A DNA stretch of 64,000 nucleotides from a virus (lineage: Duplodnaviria; Caudoviricetes), in the IMG/VR virus record IMGVR_UViG_3300046694_000619. One strand, 5' to 3'. Shown one piece after another: positions 38,068-50,125 of the stretch (within the stretch, counting starts at the first letter, position 1; each line of letters starts with the position of its first letter). The notes below the pieces were generated by a model. It did no database searches, was not told the origin of the DNA, and worked only from the letters and a program-made list of their open reading frames with translations. The position numbers and the translations under genes were made by a program.

Positions 38068-38828
38068 TTGAGCTCAGCAATCGTCGTGGCGGGGTGGGTG
38101 GCGCTCGAGGGAGGCGCATCTTCCAGCATTGGCCTGAGGGCAGCAGTCCAGTCCTGTTCTTCCAGGTAGCCCAGTGAAAGCCGCGCGAATAGGGCTTTTT
38201 CCTTGAACCGGGCGTACTCGAGCGTGGACAGGCCTCGCAGGTGGTCGGTGGGCCAGCCGCTCATATCGAGTGCCAGCCGCTCCAGGCCGGTAACCTGCAT
38301 GCCAATCGCGCGCGCCTCCTTCAGCACGGCGAGCCAGCCGTCATGCACAGCCTTGATGATGTCCTTGAATTCGACGTCGCGGCCGAGCTGGCTAAGGTTC
38401 GACACAGCCCGGTTGTTCATCGTCCTGTAGAGGAGGGACGGCAGGGTCGGGATAAGCTCCGCCCAGTAATGCGCACCCTTCGAGTCGCCGAACTGTTTCA
38501 GGCTCTGATACACGCGGTCACCGAAGGCGCGCTCCCAGCCGGCCTTCAGGCGATGACGAGTGCGCCCGTACATCTGGCGCAGCTCGGCCGCGGCATCCGA
38601 AGATGGGAAGCGGCGCATGACCTGCTCCTCAATCCAGCGCTCCGGCGTGCCCGTAGCACCCAGCAGCTTGAACACGGCCTCTTCGCCGCTCCGGATGTGT
38701 TGAAGCTTGATGTAAAGCACAGCTTCATCGTGCTCAACGCCGCGAGCAATCTCTCTTTTTTCTACGTCCGGAGCGAGCCCGATGTGAAATTCTCGATAAA
38801 TACTGGTGTGCATGGCTGCAATTTTCAC
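38064..38828 (-). CDS. hypothetical protein
   Basis: Long ORF coupled to the Nudix gene; start uncertain. Confidence 0.65.
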   Translation of the reverse strand: MKIAAMHTSIYREFHIGLAPDVEKREIARGVEHDEAVLYIKLQHIRSGEEAVFKLLGATGTPERWIEEQVMRRFPSSDAAAELRQMYGRTRHRLKAGWERAFGDRVYQSLKQFGDSKGAHYWAELIPTLPSLLYRTMNNRAVSNLSQLGRDVEFKDIIKAVHDGWLAVLKEARAIGMQVTGLERLALDMSGWPTDHLRGLSTLEYARFKEKALFARLSLGYLEEQDWTAALRPMLEDAPPSSATHPATTIAELK

Positions 38829-38937
38829 AAGGAATTGCGTCTAGTATACCATGAAAACAGATTTTGCGGCAGTAGATTGCTTGACCTTAAAAAGCATTCG
38901 GGCACAATAGTCACGCCTATAACAAGGGAGAATTGAC

Positions 38938-39891
38938 GTGGCCCGAGCAGAAGTAGCGCATTTCACACAGAACAGCGACTTCTGGCCTGCCAACAGTCTG
39001 GCAGCCTGGCAAAGCGACCCCGAGAGAACCTTTCAGGATTGGCTCGCCCAGCAACGCTTCATCAGCACCCGGCAGTTTCGGGAGTCCTCGCAGGAAACCT
39101 ATGCGTCCATGTTCGCATGGTGGCTGTCGTCCCTTGCTGCCAAGGGGTTGAAGCTGCTCGAAGCGACGCCGGAGGATGCGACCGAGTTTTTTGGCTCGAG
39201 CGAGTTTGAACCGGTGTCGCGCCGACGGTATCTCCAGCTGCTCGACCGGGTCTACCAGCACCTGCGCAGCGAGAAGGTGGGGTGGGATGGGGAAAATCCG
39301 CTGAAGGTAGAACTGAGGAAGGAGCGGGAACTTGAGATTCCCCTACCTCCGGGACTGGAGGAAGAATCCCTCGCTCAAGTTATTGCGGTCCTGACCGATA
39401 TAACGGGATGGAAGGGTGCGCGCGACCGATGTGCGGCAGCGCTGCTCATGGGGGCCGGATTGCGGGCCAACGAATTGATTAACCTGCCTACGGACGGGGT
39501 GTCCGATGTTTTTCAGATTCACGTCAAACCGAATACTGTCCACCGCGAACACACCACCCTGATTTTGCCGGATGGTCCGTGGCGAGAATGGTATCAGGCA
39601 TGGCGGGCCGAGCGGCAGGACCTGGCAATCCCAGGTAACCTGCTGTGCCCAGCTACGCGAAAAGGCACGCCGTACTCCCCATCAGGGCTGTTTCGGCGGG
39701 TAAGCGCCTGGCTCAAGCCGCTGGGCGAATCGCTCCCACAAAATGGGCCCAACCTGCTGCGAAATTCGTTTGCGCGGATAGCGCTTACATGCGGCCGATA
39801 TACGCCTTCTGAAGTCCAGAATTTTTTGGGTCACGAAGAACTTCGTGCGACATCCCGACATATTGTCGCCGTCGAGCTTCTGTCCGAGTGA
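38938..39891 (+). CDS. tyrosine recombinase-family protein with degenerate catalytic residues
   Basis: RDR...GLRANE, PNLLRNSF (NxxR in place of HxxR), LGH, His at the catalytic Tyr position. Confidence 0.8.
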   Translation: MARAEVAHFTQNSDFWPANSLAAWQSDPERTFQDWLAQQRFISTRQFRESSQETYASMFAWWLSSLAAKGLKLLEATPEDATEFFGSSEFEPVSRRRYLQLLDRVYQHLRSEKVGWDGENPLKVELRKERELEIPLPPGLEEESLAQVIAVLTDITGWKGARDRCAAALLMGAGLRANELINLPTDGVSDVFQIHVKPNTVHREHTTLILPDGPWREWYQAWRAERQDLAIPGNLLCPATRKGTPYSPSGLFRRVSAWLKPLGESLPQNGPNLLRNSFARIALTCGRYTPSEVQNFLGHEELRATSRHIVAVELLSE

Positions 39892-39949
39892 CGAGCACCG
39901 GTGAATATGTTAGCTTACAACTATTTCAGTATATTTCTGCGTGTAGGGC

Positions 39950-41665
39950 ATGTTTAAGAATTCTGTGACCTTGCAACTGGCGCTTTTTCTGGCCGTTGTG
40001 GCCGCGATTACGGGCAGTTTGACCTTTTCGTACTCGGAGGCTATCCCCTACCTGCATAGCGAATTTCCATCAATAAGGCGAGTGCATGATGAGAGACCGT
40101 ATGTCATTGAAAGTATCGTCAGTCTTGTCTCCCTGATACTTTCGCTGTTTGCCATTTCGCAAATCAAGGCGGTCAAACAGGGATTTAAGAGCGGGTTCGG
40201 CGCATTTGACGCACTACATGGTGTACTGACTTCGGCTGAATTCAGTCTCGATTCGGGACTTTTCTTTATTGACGCCAACCGCAAGGTACTGTCTTCCACG
40301 CAATTGCCAATGCGCGTCGCGCAGGTGAAGTCAGTCGCCGACATGGTCGGCAAGCGCTATGAAGATGTTTTTCCGCCCAAGTTTTCCTGGCTACTCGAGG
40401 GGCTTGAGGCGAAATCACGCACTACGCGACAGCCGGCGGCCGTAGAAATTTCCGACTGGTCTCCGTACTGTCCCCATCCGATTGGCCCGGTGATTCTGAT
40501 GGCGATGCCGGCGTTTCGTGACGGCCAATATGTGGGACATACCATCATTTTTCGAAGCGCTACCGAAATCCGGCTTGCGGAAGAATCTGCCATACTGCAT
40601 CAGCAGAATTACGAGGTGCTGTTTGACAACCTGCAATGCGGTGTGGCAGTTTGCCGGCTCGCCGTGAGCGGTGATGGCGGCCCGGACGCCTACGTCGTCG
40701 AAGCGAATCCAGGTTTCAAACGCATGATGGATGGACTGCCCTTGCCGTACACGGAACCCTTTTCCGTCGCATGGCCGAGCTTTTCAATCCACGACAAGCT
40801 GCGCCAGGGCATTGCCCGGGTCACGTCTGGAGAGCAAAGCTACCAGTGTCAGATTTTTCTGCCGGAACTCGGCAAGCATTTCGACGTCACGCTCGCCGCG
40901 CTGTCTGCCGGACGCTTTCAACTCGTGTTCAGCGACCAGACTGACGTTCGCAGTCACGAGCAACAGGTGCTGACGCTCAACGACCGGATGCAGCGCAACC
41001 TTGCTCACCAGAGCAAATATCTCGCGAGCATGCTCGAGGATATTGACCACTTCCATATGGCCGCGGGTGACATAGTCGAGGCGCACCTCGACCAGCTGTC
41101 CAAGGCTGTGCCCAATCTCGCGCCGCCATGGGGCGAAGTTGTGGCGCAGTCGTGCACCGAGCTTTACCGGGTGCGCAGCCAGTTCGGCAAGTATCACACG
41201 GCGCGTAGCCTTCCGTACCAGGCCACGACGCTCGTCCAGCCGGCGGACATCGTCAAGCGGCTACTTGAGACGATAGAAAATCGTTACCCCGACATCCGGT
41301 TCCAGGTCGGTGCACTGCCCGCGGTGGTGGCGAGCCCGGAAGTGCTGACCAGCATTATCGAGCGTATTCTCGTGACGCTCGCGAGCCAGCGGCGAGAAGA
41401 GGCAGCCAGGATAGTGGTCGACGGGGCCAGCGGGTTCCTGACGACTGGCGTATGTGTGGAGGCGATGGGCATCGACTGCACGTCACTGTTCCTCGAGATT
41501 CCACCAGACACACAGCCCCTGGACTGGACGCTCACGAGCGACCTTGAGCTCGCCACTGTCCGTCGCATGGTGAACGAGCATGGCGGCGAGCTTCTTATCG
41601 GCCCGGCGGAGCAAGGTGAGGGGGTGCGAATAACCGTGACAGTCGGCTCTCCCGTGGCACACTGA
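39950..41665 (+). CDS. membrane PAS-PAS histidine-kinase-like protein, likely pseudokinase
   Basis: Two TMs, two PAS-like segments, LATVRRMVNEHGG...GEGVRITV HATPase tail; H, N and G boxes degenerate. Confidence 0.7.
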   Translation: MFKNSVTLQLALFLAVVAAITGSLTFSYSEAIPYLHSEFPSIRRVHDERPYVIESIVSLVSLILSLFAISQIKAVKQGFKSGFGAFDALHGVLTSAEFSLDSGLFFIDANRKVLSSTQLPMRVAQVKSVADMVGKRYEDVFPPKFSWLLEGLEAKSRTTRQPAAVEISDWSPYCPHPIGPVILMAMPAFRDGQYVGHTIIFRSATEIRLAEESAILHQQNYEVLFDNLQCGVAVCRLAVSGDGGPDAYVVEANPGFKRMMDGLPLPYTEPFSVAWPSFSIHDKLRQGIARVTSGEQSYQCQIFLPELGKHFDVTLAALSAGRFQLVFSDQTDVRSHEQQVLTLNDRMQRNLAHQSKYLASMLEDIDHFHMAAGDIVEAHLDQLSKAVPNLAPPWGEVVAQSCTELYRVRSQFGKYHTARSLPYQATTLVQPADIVKRLLETIENRYPDIRFQVGALPAVVASPEVLTSIIERILVTLASQRREEAARIVVDGASGFLTTGVCVEAMGIDCTSLFLEIPPDTQPLDWTLTSDLELATVRRMVNEHGGELLIGPAEQGEGVRITVTVGSPVAH

Positions 41666-41753
41666 AGAGTCGCGACCCACTACGAAGCGCCCAGCTTGGC
41701 TGGGCGTTTTGCATTTTATGTGGTATAATGTCACCATCCAATCAACGAGTTAA

Positions 41754-43796
<2,043 letters not shown>

Positions 43797-43836
43797 AAGC
43801 GCCTACGCGCCGCCGAACCACATCTCGGGACCGACC

Positions 43837-44595
43837 ATGACACAGAAAAATACGGGCAAGAAGCACGAGGCTGCCGTTGACGCGTATCTCGCGAAGCTCA
43901 AGACCTTCCTGATGACGCCGGACCACGGCGACGGCAGCTGGCCGGACATCCCACGCGAAGAGCTGGATACGGGAAACGGGCTGGTCCACGAGATGATGGA
44001 ATTGAAGTGGGGGACGGACGTAGACCGCGATTCGCCGGTGCGCGTGCGCATCTGGGAGCGCCGACAGGTCCACCTGCTGTGCGACTGGGCCTACATCCAG
44101 AACCCACCGCGCGATGAAGAGACGGAACCGGCGGATGAGCGGCAAGCCCGGTTCCTCCGCAACATCCAGACGATTTCATCTGCGTCGGCCGCCTGCGCTG
44201 AAGAGCTTCGTCGCGTGCATCTCGAGATGGCGGACATTCACGCGCGAGAACTGCGCCGCAAGGCCGCATTCGACGTTCACGTGGTCGAGTACGCAGCTCC
44301 GCAGGACAATGCCTCCGGAAAGAAGCGTAGTTTCAAGGACGACGTCATCAGCGTTCACCCTACAGCCGAGGCAGCAGAGCAGTTCATCGTCGAGCAGGAG
44401 AAGCATGGCATGACCCTGACCCGGACAATCATCATGTCCGCGACGCCCGGCTATCAGGACAGCCCGACGGACAAGTTCGCAGAGTACCGCGCCAAGGTCA
44501 ATGCGCAGTTCGAGAAGGTGGTGCCCAGCTACGAGACGCGTCAGGCGCTGAACCTTCAGTTTGTGCGCACCGTGCGCAAGGCCGAAAATGGGTGA
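43837..44595 (+). CDS. hypothetical protein
   Basis: ORF downstream of ligA. Confidence 0.7.
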   Translation: MTQKNTGKKHEAAVDAYLAKLKTFLMTPDHGDGSWPDIPREELDTGNGLVHEMMELKWGTDVDRDSPVRVRIWERRQVHLLCDWAYIQNPPRDEETEPADERQARFLRNIQTISSASAACAEELRRVHLEMADIHARELRRKAAFDVHVVEYAAPQDNASGKKRSFKDDVISVHPTAEAAEQFIVEQEKHGMTLTRTIIMSATPGYQDSPTDKFAEYRAKVNAQFEKVVPSYETRQALNLQFVRTVRKAENG

Positions 44596-44836
44596 GGCAC
44601 GGCGGCGCGGAACCCGCGAACAGCGCGTAGCAACCGCGGAGCCGCGCGCGCCGCGCATGGGCGCTGATGCGCGTCGACGGGTGATGGCTGAGGCGTTGGC
44701 CCAGGGCCTAGTCAAAGGCATGGCCGAGGTGCTCACACCGATTTTTGGCCAAGGGTCGAACTCCGGTCTGACTGGCGGCGTTGAAACAGAAAACCCCGGC
44801 GCGGTGGCCGGGGGTGAGACGTCCGTGGACGGTTAA
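44588..44836 (+). CDS. hypothetical protein
   Basis: MGEARRRG start overlapping the previous stop. Confidence 0.5.
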   Translation: MGEARRRGTREQRVATAEPRAPRMGADARRRVMAEALAQGLVKGMAEVLTPIFGQGSNSGLTGGVETENPGAVAGGETSVDG

Positions 44837-45114
44837 GCCTTTCCTTCCGGGCTGTAGTAGAGACTCTCCCCACACTGGCCGCAGAAGTGTTCCCGCATAA
44901 AAGTTCGCTGCATAACGTTGCGAACCTGGATGCGGTCGTGTCCGCAGCTGTGGCAGGCGACGCGCGTTCCTTTGACAGCGGCCGGGTAGGTCGCGCGATA
45001 CCACTGATAGTTTTTCGCACGCATACGCTTCATGCGCTTTACGTTCGCCGTCACAATGACGACTGCGACGACTACGATAAACAGTGGTATGGCCAAAGCA
45101 AAGAGTGTGTCCAT
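44833..45114 (-). CDS. membrane-anchored Zn-ribbon protein
   Basis: N-terminal TM, CHSC...CGQC; AGGAG RBS. Confidence 0.7.
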   Translation of the reverse strand: MDTLFALAIPLFIVVVAVVIVTANVKRMKRMRAKNYQWYRATYPAAVKGTRVACHSCGHDRIQVRNVMQRTFMREHFCGQCGESLYYSPEGKA

Positions 45115-45327
45115 CTGAAAAGCTCCTGATTAACGGTGATTTCCTTTTCGGCCTGAGCGGCCTGAGAGGCTAGGCATTTGCCTGGTTGCCCGATTTGTAT
45201 AGCGTGTCGTGCGCTGGACGCTACCGTTGCGCGCAGCCCCTGGCTGTCCTGCACAAAGTAACGAAGTAGGCGGGTCGGTTTTCCCTATACGAGTTGAGTC
45301 ATCAACTTTAAGAGGGAGGACATAGCG

Positions 45328-47508
45328 ATGGAAATGCAAGCAGACCTGTTGGGTGAGCAGACTTTTGCGGCCGTACACCCAATCACGTTGTTTTCGCGGA
45401 AGAAGTCGGAGTTTCAGCCGGTTGTTTTGGCAGAAGCGCCGGCCGACATCCTGGGCATGCCTGAAGGGGAGCTGGACGAGAAGATTGCCAAAGCGATGGC
45501 CGTGATGAAATGGGCCATGCAGCGCTGGGAAATCTGCTACAGCTATTCCGGCGGCAAGGACAGTTCTACCGTCCTGTCGATGGCACTCGCGGCCGCGGCG
45601 CAGTTGAAGGCCGAGGGTCGCGAGGTGAAGCGCTTTCTCGTGCTCAATTCGGACACGAAGGTGGAGAACCCGGAAGTCAAGGGCGTCGCCACTCTCGAGC
45701 TGGAGCGGGTACGGGAGTGGATTGCGCGGCACGAGCTGCCGGGCGCGGTTGAGGTGACGAAGCCGAACGTGCTCGCCGAATGGGCGGTGCACATCATCGG
45801 CGGCCAGACACTCATCAGCACCCCGGTGACGAACCGCAACTGCACGACTGACCTGAAGACCGTGCCGCTGAATCGGGCTCGAATCCGCTTCTTCGGGGTC
45901 AACAAGGTCGCGCAGGGCAAATTCTCGGTCGGTATGACGGGTGTTCGCTACAGCGAGAGTGCCGAGCGCGCCGCCAACATGGCCAAGCGCGCGGAGTCGC
46001 CCACGCAACTCGTGCAGACCAATGTCGAGCAGGACGTGTATCTCGCGCCTATCGCCAACTGGTCGACCGACGACGTGATGGAGTACATCGGTCTCGCCGT
46101 CAACGACCTGTTGCCGCTCGACATCTACACCGACATGAAGGACGTCTGGCGCATCTACAAGGATGCCGAGGGCGAGTGTACGGTGGGGCGCGGCGACAAG
46201 CCGAGCGATGCGTGCGGCGCGCGCCACGGTTGCTATGTCTGCAACATGGTCCAGGAAGACAAGAGCATGCTGTCGTTTCTCATGCAGGAGCAGTATGCCT
46301 ACATGGAACCGCTGTCGCGCTTTCGTGAGTACCTGAGCAACACGCTGTTCGACATGAGCAAGCGTGCGTGGATGGGCCGCAGCATCACCGATGGCTACAT
46401 CCAGTTCGCACCAGGTTCGTACGCACCCGCGTACACCCAGGACCTGTTGCGGTTTGCGCTGACCATCGACCGGAATGAGCAACTGAAGGCCGCGGAGCTG
46501 GGCGTTGAGCCCCGCTTCCAGATTGTTGGCCCTGAAGCGCTCATTGCAATCGACGCAATCTGGAGTCTCCAAGGATATGCCCGTCCGTATACTGCGTTGT
46601 TCATTTACAACGACGTGTTTGAGAAGGGGCTGAGCTTCGAGATTCCGAAGGTGCCGAAAGCCGAGAAGTGCCCGATGCCGGCGCCGCGCTACATTCCCGT
46701 GAAGGACTGGGATGAGTCGGCAATGGATGTCTACACGGGGCTGCGCAGTTCGCTTCACGAGATGCACGGTGAAGCGGCTTGTGGCGCTACGCGGGAAATC
46801 AACAGCAAGGGCGGCGTGCGGACGGTCATGGACATCGGCACCTCGGACCTCTTTGAGGTTCACGAGGAGTCGGTGGCCATGATTCTCGGGTTCGAACTGG
46901 AGCGGCTGGTCCAGCGCTATCACGATTCGGCTCGAGCGGGCGGTGTGCCTCTGTCGGGAGAGAGCTACAAGTTCTATCTCCAGTATGGGGTCATCAGCCT
47001 GGCGAAGTCGCAGGTCAGCGAGGCCGACCGTATTTTGCGTCGTTCATCCTGGCGCGAACGGCATGGTCTCGCAGGCTACAACTTCGATGTGGCGCGCGCT
47101 CTCTCGATGTCAGTCGAGAAGCCTGAGCCCCTGGTCGAACCGAGCCCGGATGTTATGCGGGCCCAGCGAGACCGGGCGGATGCGGCGGCGCGTGCAGCTG
47201 CGCGCGCGGCCGTGCGTCACCGGACGTTGTCACTGGATGAGCTGTATCGCCAGTGGTCCCCGGATGTGCCGTGGCGTCAGTTGATGAGGATGGGGCTTCC
47301 GAGCAGCAGGCTGTTGTCGCATTGCCTGCACAAGAAAGACCCGGCGTACAGCAACCGACGCCTGAAGGGATGGGCGATTCATCACTTCGTTCGTCTCGGC
47401 CCGCTGGTGGACTTCCTGAAGGCCAATCCTGACATCGCCGAGAAGGTCAAAGAACATCGCAGCTCGCGTCGTCGTAAGGGCTCGCAGATGTTGCTGTTTG
47501 CGGCATAA
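45328..47508 (+). CDS. PAPS reductase-family / DndC-like protein
   Basis: SYSGGKDS PP-loop, SDTKVENP, RNCTTDLK, GVRYSES..R, RHGCYVC. Confidence 0.85.
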   Translation: MEMQADLLGEQTFAAVHPITLFSRKKSEFQPVVLAEAPADILGMPEGELDEKIAKAMAVMKWAMQRWEICYSYSGGKDSSTVLSMALAAAAQLKAEGREVKRFLVLNSDTKVENPEVKGVATLELERVREWIARHELPGAVEVTKPNVLAEWAVHIIGGQTLISTPVTNRNCTTDLKTVPLNRARIRFFGVNKVAQGKFSVGMTGVRYSESAERAANMAKRAESPTQLVQTNVEQDVYLAPIANWSTDDVMEYIGLAVNDLLPLDIYTDMKDVWRIYKDAEGECTVGRGDKPSDACGARHGCYVCNMVQEDKSMLSFLMQEQYAYMEPLSRFREYLSNTLFDMSKRAWMGRSITDGYIQFAPGSYAPAYTQDLLRFALTIDRNEQLKAAELGVEPRFQIVGPEALIAIDAIWSLQGYARPYTALFIYNDVFEKGLSFEIPKVPKAEKCPMPAPRYIPVKDWDESAMDVYTGLRSSLHEMHGEAACGATREINSKGGVRTVMDIGTSDLFEVHEESVAMILGFELERLVQRYHDSARAGGVPLSGESYKFYLQYGVISLAKSQVSEADRILRRSSWRERHGLAGYNFDVARALSMSVEKPEPLVEPSPDVMRAQRDRADAAARAAARAAVRHRTLSLDELYRQWSPDVPWRQLMRMGLPSSRLLSHCLHKKDPAYSNRRLKGWAIHHFVRLGPLVDFLKANPDIAEKVKEHRSSRRRKGSQMLLFAA

Positions 47509-47619
47509 CCTCCACGCCACGGGATTTCTCCGTGGCGTTTTTTTCATCCTCGGGCTGAAGATTTCCAAGCCTCCCGGTTGGCTATACGGACTGTGTGGTC
47601 AACTAACCTGGAGGTCAAT

Positions 47620-47901
47620 ATGTCGCGTTCCGCAATTCAAAGCCTGCCGTCCCTGGATGTTTCCGCAAAGCCAATCAAGGTATTTCACGCTATAACCGAT
47701 GTCGAGATGCAGTTCGACGCAACGGTAAGCGCTGAATATGCCGTCGCATTCGCCTATTGCGAGGAGAATAACCGACTCTCCGAGCTGTACGCACACCGTG
47801 ACGACGCACGGCTCCCGGCGATGTATGCCAAGCTTCCCATGATGCGCGGCAAGCAGTCGGTGGGCTGCGGCGACTGGATGGCAGCCTGTCCGCTGCACTG
47901 A
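47620..47901 (+). CDS. hypothetical protein
   Basis: GGAGG RBS; CTATAC 32 nt upstream. Confidence 0.65.
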   Translation: MSRSAIQSLPSLDVSAKPIKVFHAITDVEMQFDATVSAEYAVAFAYCEENNRLSELYAHRDDARLPAMYAKLPMMRGKQSVGCGDWMAACPLH

Positions 47902-47926
47902 TTCTTAACACAAGGAGGGTTTCACC

Positions 47927-48166
47927 ATGAAAACGTACGTGGTCACCGCAGACGACATCGAGAACGTTCTGAGCCAGTATTCACTGCGCGTCGCCGACAC
48001 GCAGGGCAAATCGTTCGCAACGATGGCCGCCGAACTGGTCGACGAACTGGACCTGACCACTGTCGAGGCTGCTGCTTCGACCGGGGATACGAAAGACGCT
48101 CAGGGCCAGGCCGTATTCAAGGCGCTACACCAGCTGCTCGTCAAGGAAGGCGTCCTGGAGTTTTAA
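47927..48166 (+). CDS. hypothetical protein
   Basis: AAGGAGG RBS. Confidence 0.7.
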   Translation: MKTYVVTADDIENVLSQYSLRVADTQGKSFATMAAELVDELDLTTVEAAASTGDTKDAQGQAVFKALHQLLVKEGVLEF

Positions 48167-48355
48167 TCAGGCTGATTCGCCGACCCACTCAACGCCATGC
48201 TTTTTGCATGGCGTTTTTCATCCCGAAACATCGCTTTGCGGCGCGCACCGTGTTTCTACGAAATGCGCCTTTAATGCCTGCCTGTTTAAGGAATTAGTAA
48301 AAGCTCGCCGTGATACTGTGTCGGTCGTCGTTTTAAGTGGGCCTGAGCTTCCGCA

Positions 48356-49504
48356 ATGTCTATAAACCTCACAAAGATTGGCGTTTTTTTCGATGGCAGC
48401 TTCTTTCACGGCGTGTCGTCCTACTATTTGAACCAACACCCGCGTCGCTCGCGCATCGCGCTGAGTGGTATTCGCGATTACGCAGCGCATCACATTGCGC
48501 TCGAAGAGGGCGTTCAGCCGCGGCATTGCCGGATTGTCGAGTCGCACTTTTTTGCGGGCCGGATGAACTCTTATGAAGCTCGCGAGCGTGACGGCACACT
48601 TTTTCGCGACCGGGTGTGGGATGAGATTCTCCAGAAGGAGGATGTCACTGCTCACTATATGCCCATGGGATTGCGCGGCGAGAAAGGCATTGACGTGTCT
48701 CTTGCGCTGGAATGCTATGAGTTGGTGACGCTTAAAGGCCTCGATGTCGTCGTGCTCGTGACCGGCGACGGTGACTTTGTACCGCTCGTGCGCAAACTCA
48801 ATGCGCTTGGCGTCCGGGTAATGGTTTTTGGCTGCACATATTCATTCCTCGACAATGCAGGCCGGGAACGTGGCGCCACGGTCTCTCGCTATCTGCTCAA
48901 TGAGGCGACATACCCCGTGCTATTGCACGAGCTCATAGACGGCTACGCAACGCTGCCTGATGCCGAGCGCGCGCTCATCGACGGCCTTTTCCTGAAGAAA
49001 GCGGCAGAGTCGGAAGAGGCATCCGAACTGGCCGCTACCCCGGCCGCCGAAGCGCCAGCCGCAGCCGTGCCAGCTCCCCAACCGGTGCCTGAGGCCTCTT
49101 TCGTACAAGTTGAGACACGGCCGGTGGCTCCAGCAGCACCCGACGTACATCCGCCGGCCATACGCCTGTCCGCCCGAGCAAGACAACCTGTTGTCGACGC
49201 AGGGCCGCCCGCGTCACGCGATTCGCTCGAACGGCTGGCTAAATCAGGATTCGCCAACGGCGCCGGGTCGAAAGAGCCGCCGGCGCGGGACCGGCGTATA
49301 ACCGGTCGTGTGATACGTGTACTCGATGGCTATGGCTTCATTCAGTCCGACGTCACGGATGAAACGCCGTTCTTTCACCATTCCGAAGTGGCGAAACGCG
49401 GCTTCGACCATATTCAGCCTGGCACACCCGTGAGCTTCATTGAGACACAAGGCGACCGGGGAAAGGTCGCGAAGAGTGTCCAACTGCTTGACGAGGCCGC
49501 CTGA
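48356..49504 (+). CDS. NYN (LabA/DUF88, PIN-like) domain protein fused to a cold-shock domain
   Basis: FFDGSF, EKGIDV, VTGDGDFVP; C-terminal GYGFI...FFHHSEV...GDRGKVA. Confidence 0.88.
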   Translation: MSINLTKIGVFFDGSFFHGVSSYYLNQHPRRSRIALSGIRDYAAHHIALEEGVQPRHCRIVESHFFAGRMNSYEARERDGTLFRDRVWDEILQKEDVTAHYMPMGLRGEKGIDVSLALECYELVTLKGLDVVVLVTGDGDFVPLVRKLNALGVRVMVFGCTYSFLDNAGRERGATVSRYLLNEATYPVLLHELIDGYATLPDAERALIDGLFLKKAAESEEASELAATPAAEAPAAAVPAPQPVPEASFVQVETRPVAPAAPDVHPPAIRLSARARQPVVDAGPPASRDSLERLAKSGFANGAGSKEPPARDRRITGRVIRVLDGYGFIQSDVTDETPFFHHSEVAKRGFDHIQPGTPVSFIETQGDRGKVAKSVQLLDEAA

Positions 49505-49575
49505 TGCCCCCCCGGAAGGCTCAGCGAGCTATACCTCGTAGCAGCATGTGCGGTCTAACCAACGAGGAAAAGGCT

Positions 49576-49812
49576 ATGAGCCAGAAGAAGCTGAAGCAGG
49601 TCATCGCGGTTATCACGTTCGAGGACAACGGCGACAATATCCTGGGGTTGAGCGACGCCGCAACATGGCTGGACGGCAAGCTGCGCTCCTCCGGTACTGC
49701 GGTCGAAACGCTCGAAGTGACGACATTCACAACCGCGGCGCACGCGGCGCAAGCCGAGACCGAGCGCTCCGGCGACTTTGCGCTCGACGCAGAACGCCTG
49801 CTCGGGCACTGA
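49576..49812 (+). CDS. hypothetical protein
   Basis: GAGGA RBS; CTATAC 41 nt upstream. Confidence 0.6.
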   Translation: MSQKKLKQVIAVITFEDNGDNILGLSDAATWLDGKLRSSGTAVETLEVTTFTTAAHAAQAETERSGDFALDAERLLGH

Positions 49813-49879
49813 ACGTTACAGGAAAGTCCACACCTCTGAGCCACGGATACGCTCCGTGGCTTTTTTACGTCTGCTGCGC

Positions 49880-50125
49880 TCAGAAATCGAAGTTCGGCTT
49901 ACCCGGCTTCGCCTTCCACGCCAGATGGACCCAGCCCGCCGGCACATAGTGGCTCATGCCGGCTGCATCAAGAATCCGGTGACCGCCACTCTCGCTTACC
50001 GCGAGATGCGTGGGAGCGTCGATACGTACCTTCACCACGCCGCCTTTGGCCGAAACAGGAAACGTGTACTCGCGAAACTGTTCGCTCGTGAGGTCATTGA
50101 ACTTGTGAGCAGACTTGTTTTTCAT
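49880..50125 (-). CDS. small beta-rich hypothetical protein
   Basis: SEQFREYTF...GGHRILD...HYVPAGW. Confidence 0.6.
   Translation of the reverse strand: MKNKSAHKFNDLTSEQFREYTFPVSAKGGVVKVRIDAPTHLAVSESGGHRILDAAGMSHYVPAGWVHLAWKAKPGKPNFDF

Noticed and set aside
38938-39891. Active prophage or ICE integrase marking a boundary
   Set aside because: Catalytic residues are degenerate, no tRNA or att site was seen, and gene style and motifs continue on both sides.
45130-46923. 597-aa minus-strand ORF (similarly 3209..4498, 16822..18027, 24074..25222, 53044..54087, 54270..55685)
   Set aside because: Each is antisense to a gene with clear family motifs or gene-like features.
45328-47508. Complete Dnd phosphorothioation system
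   Set aside because: No dndB/D/E or cysteine desulfurase in the window.
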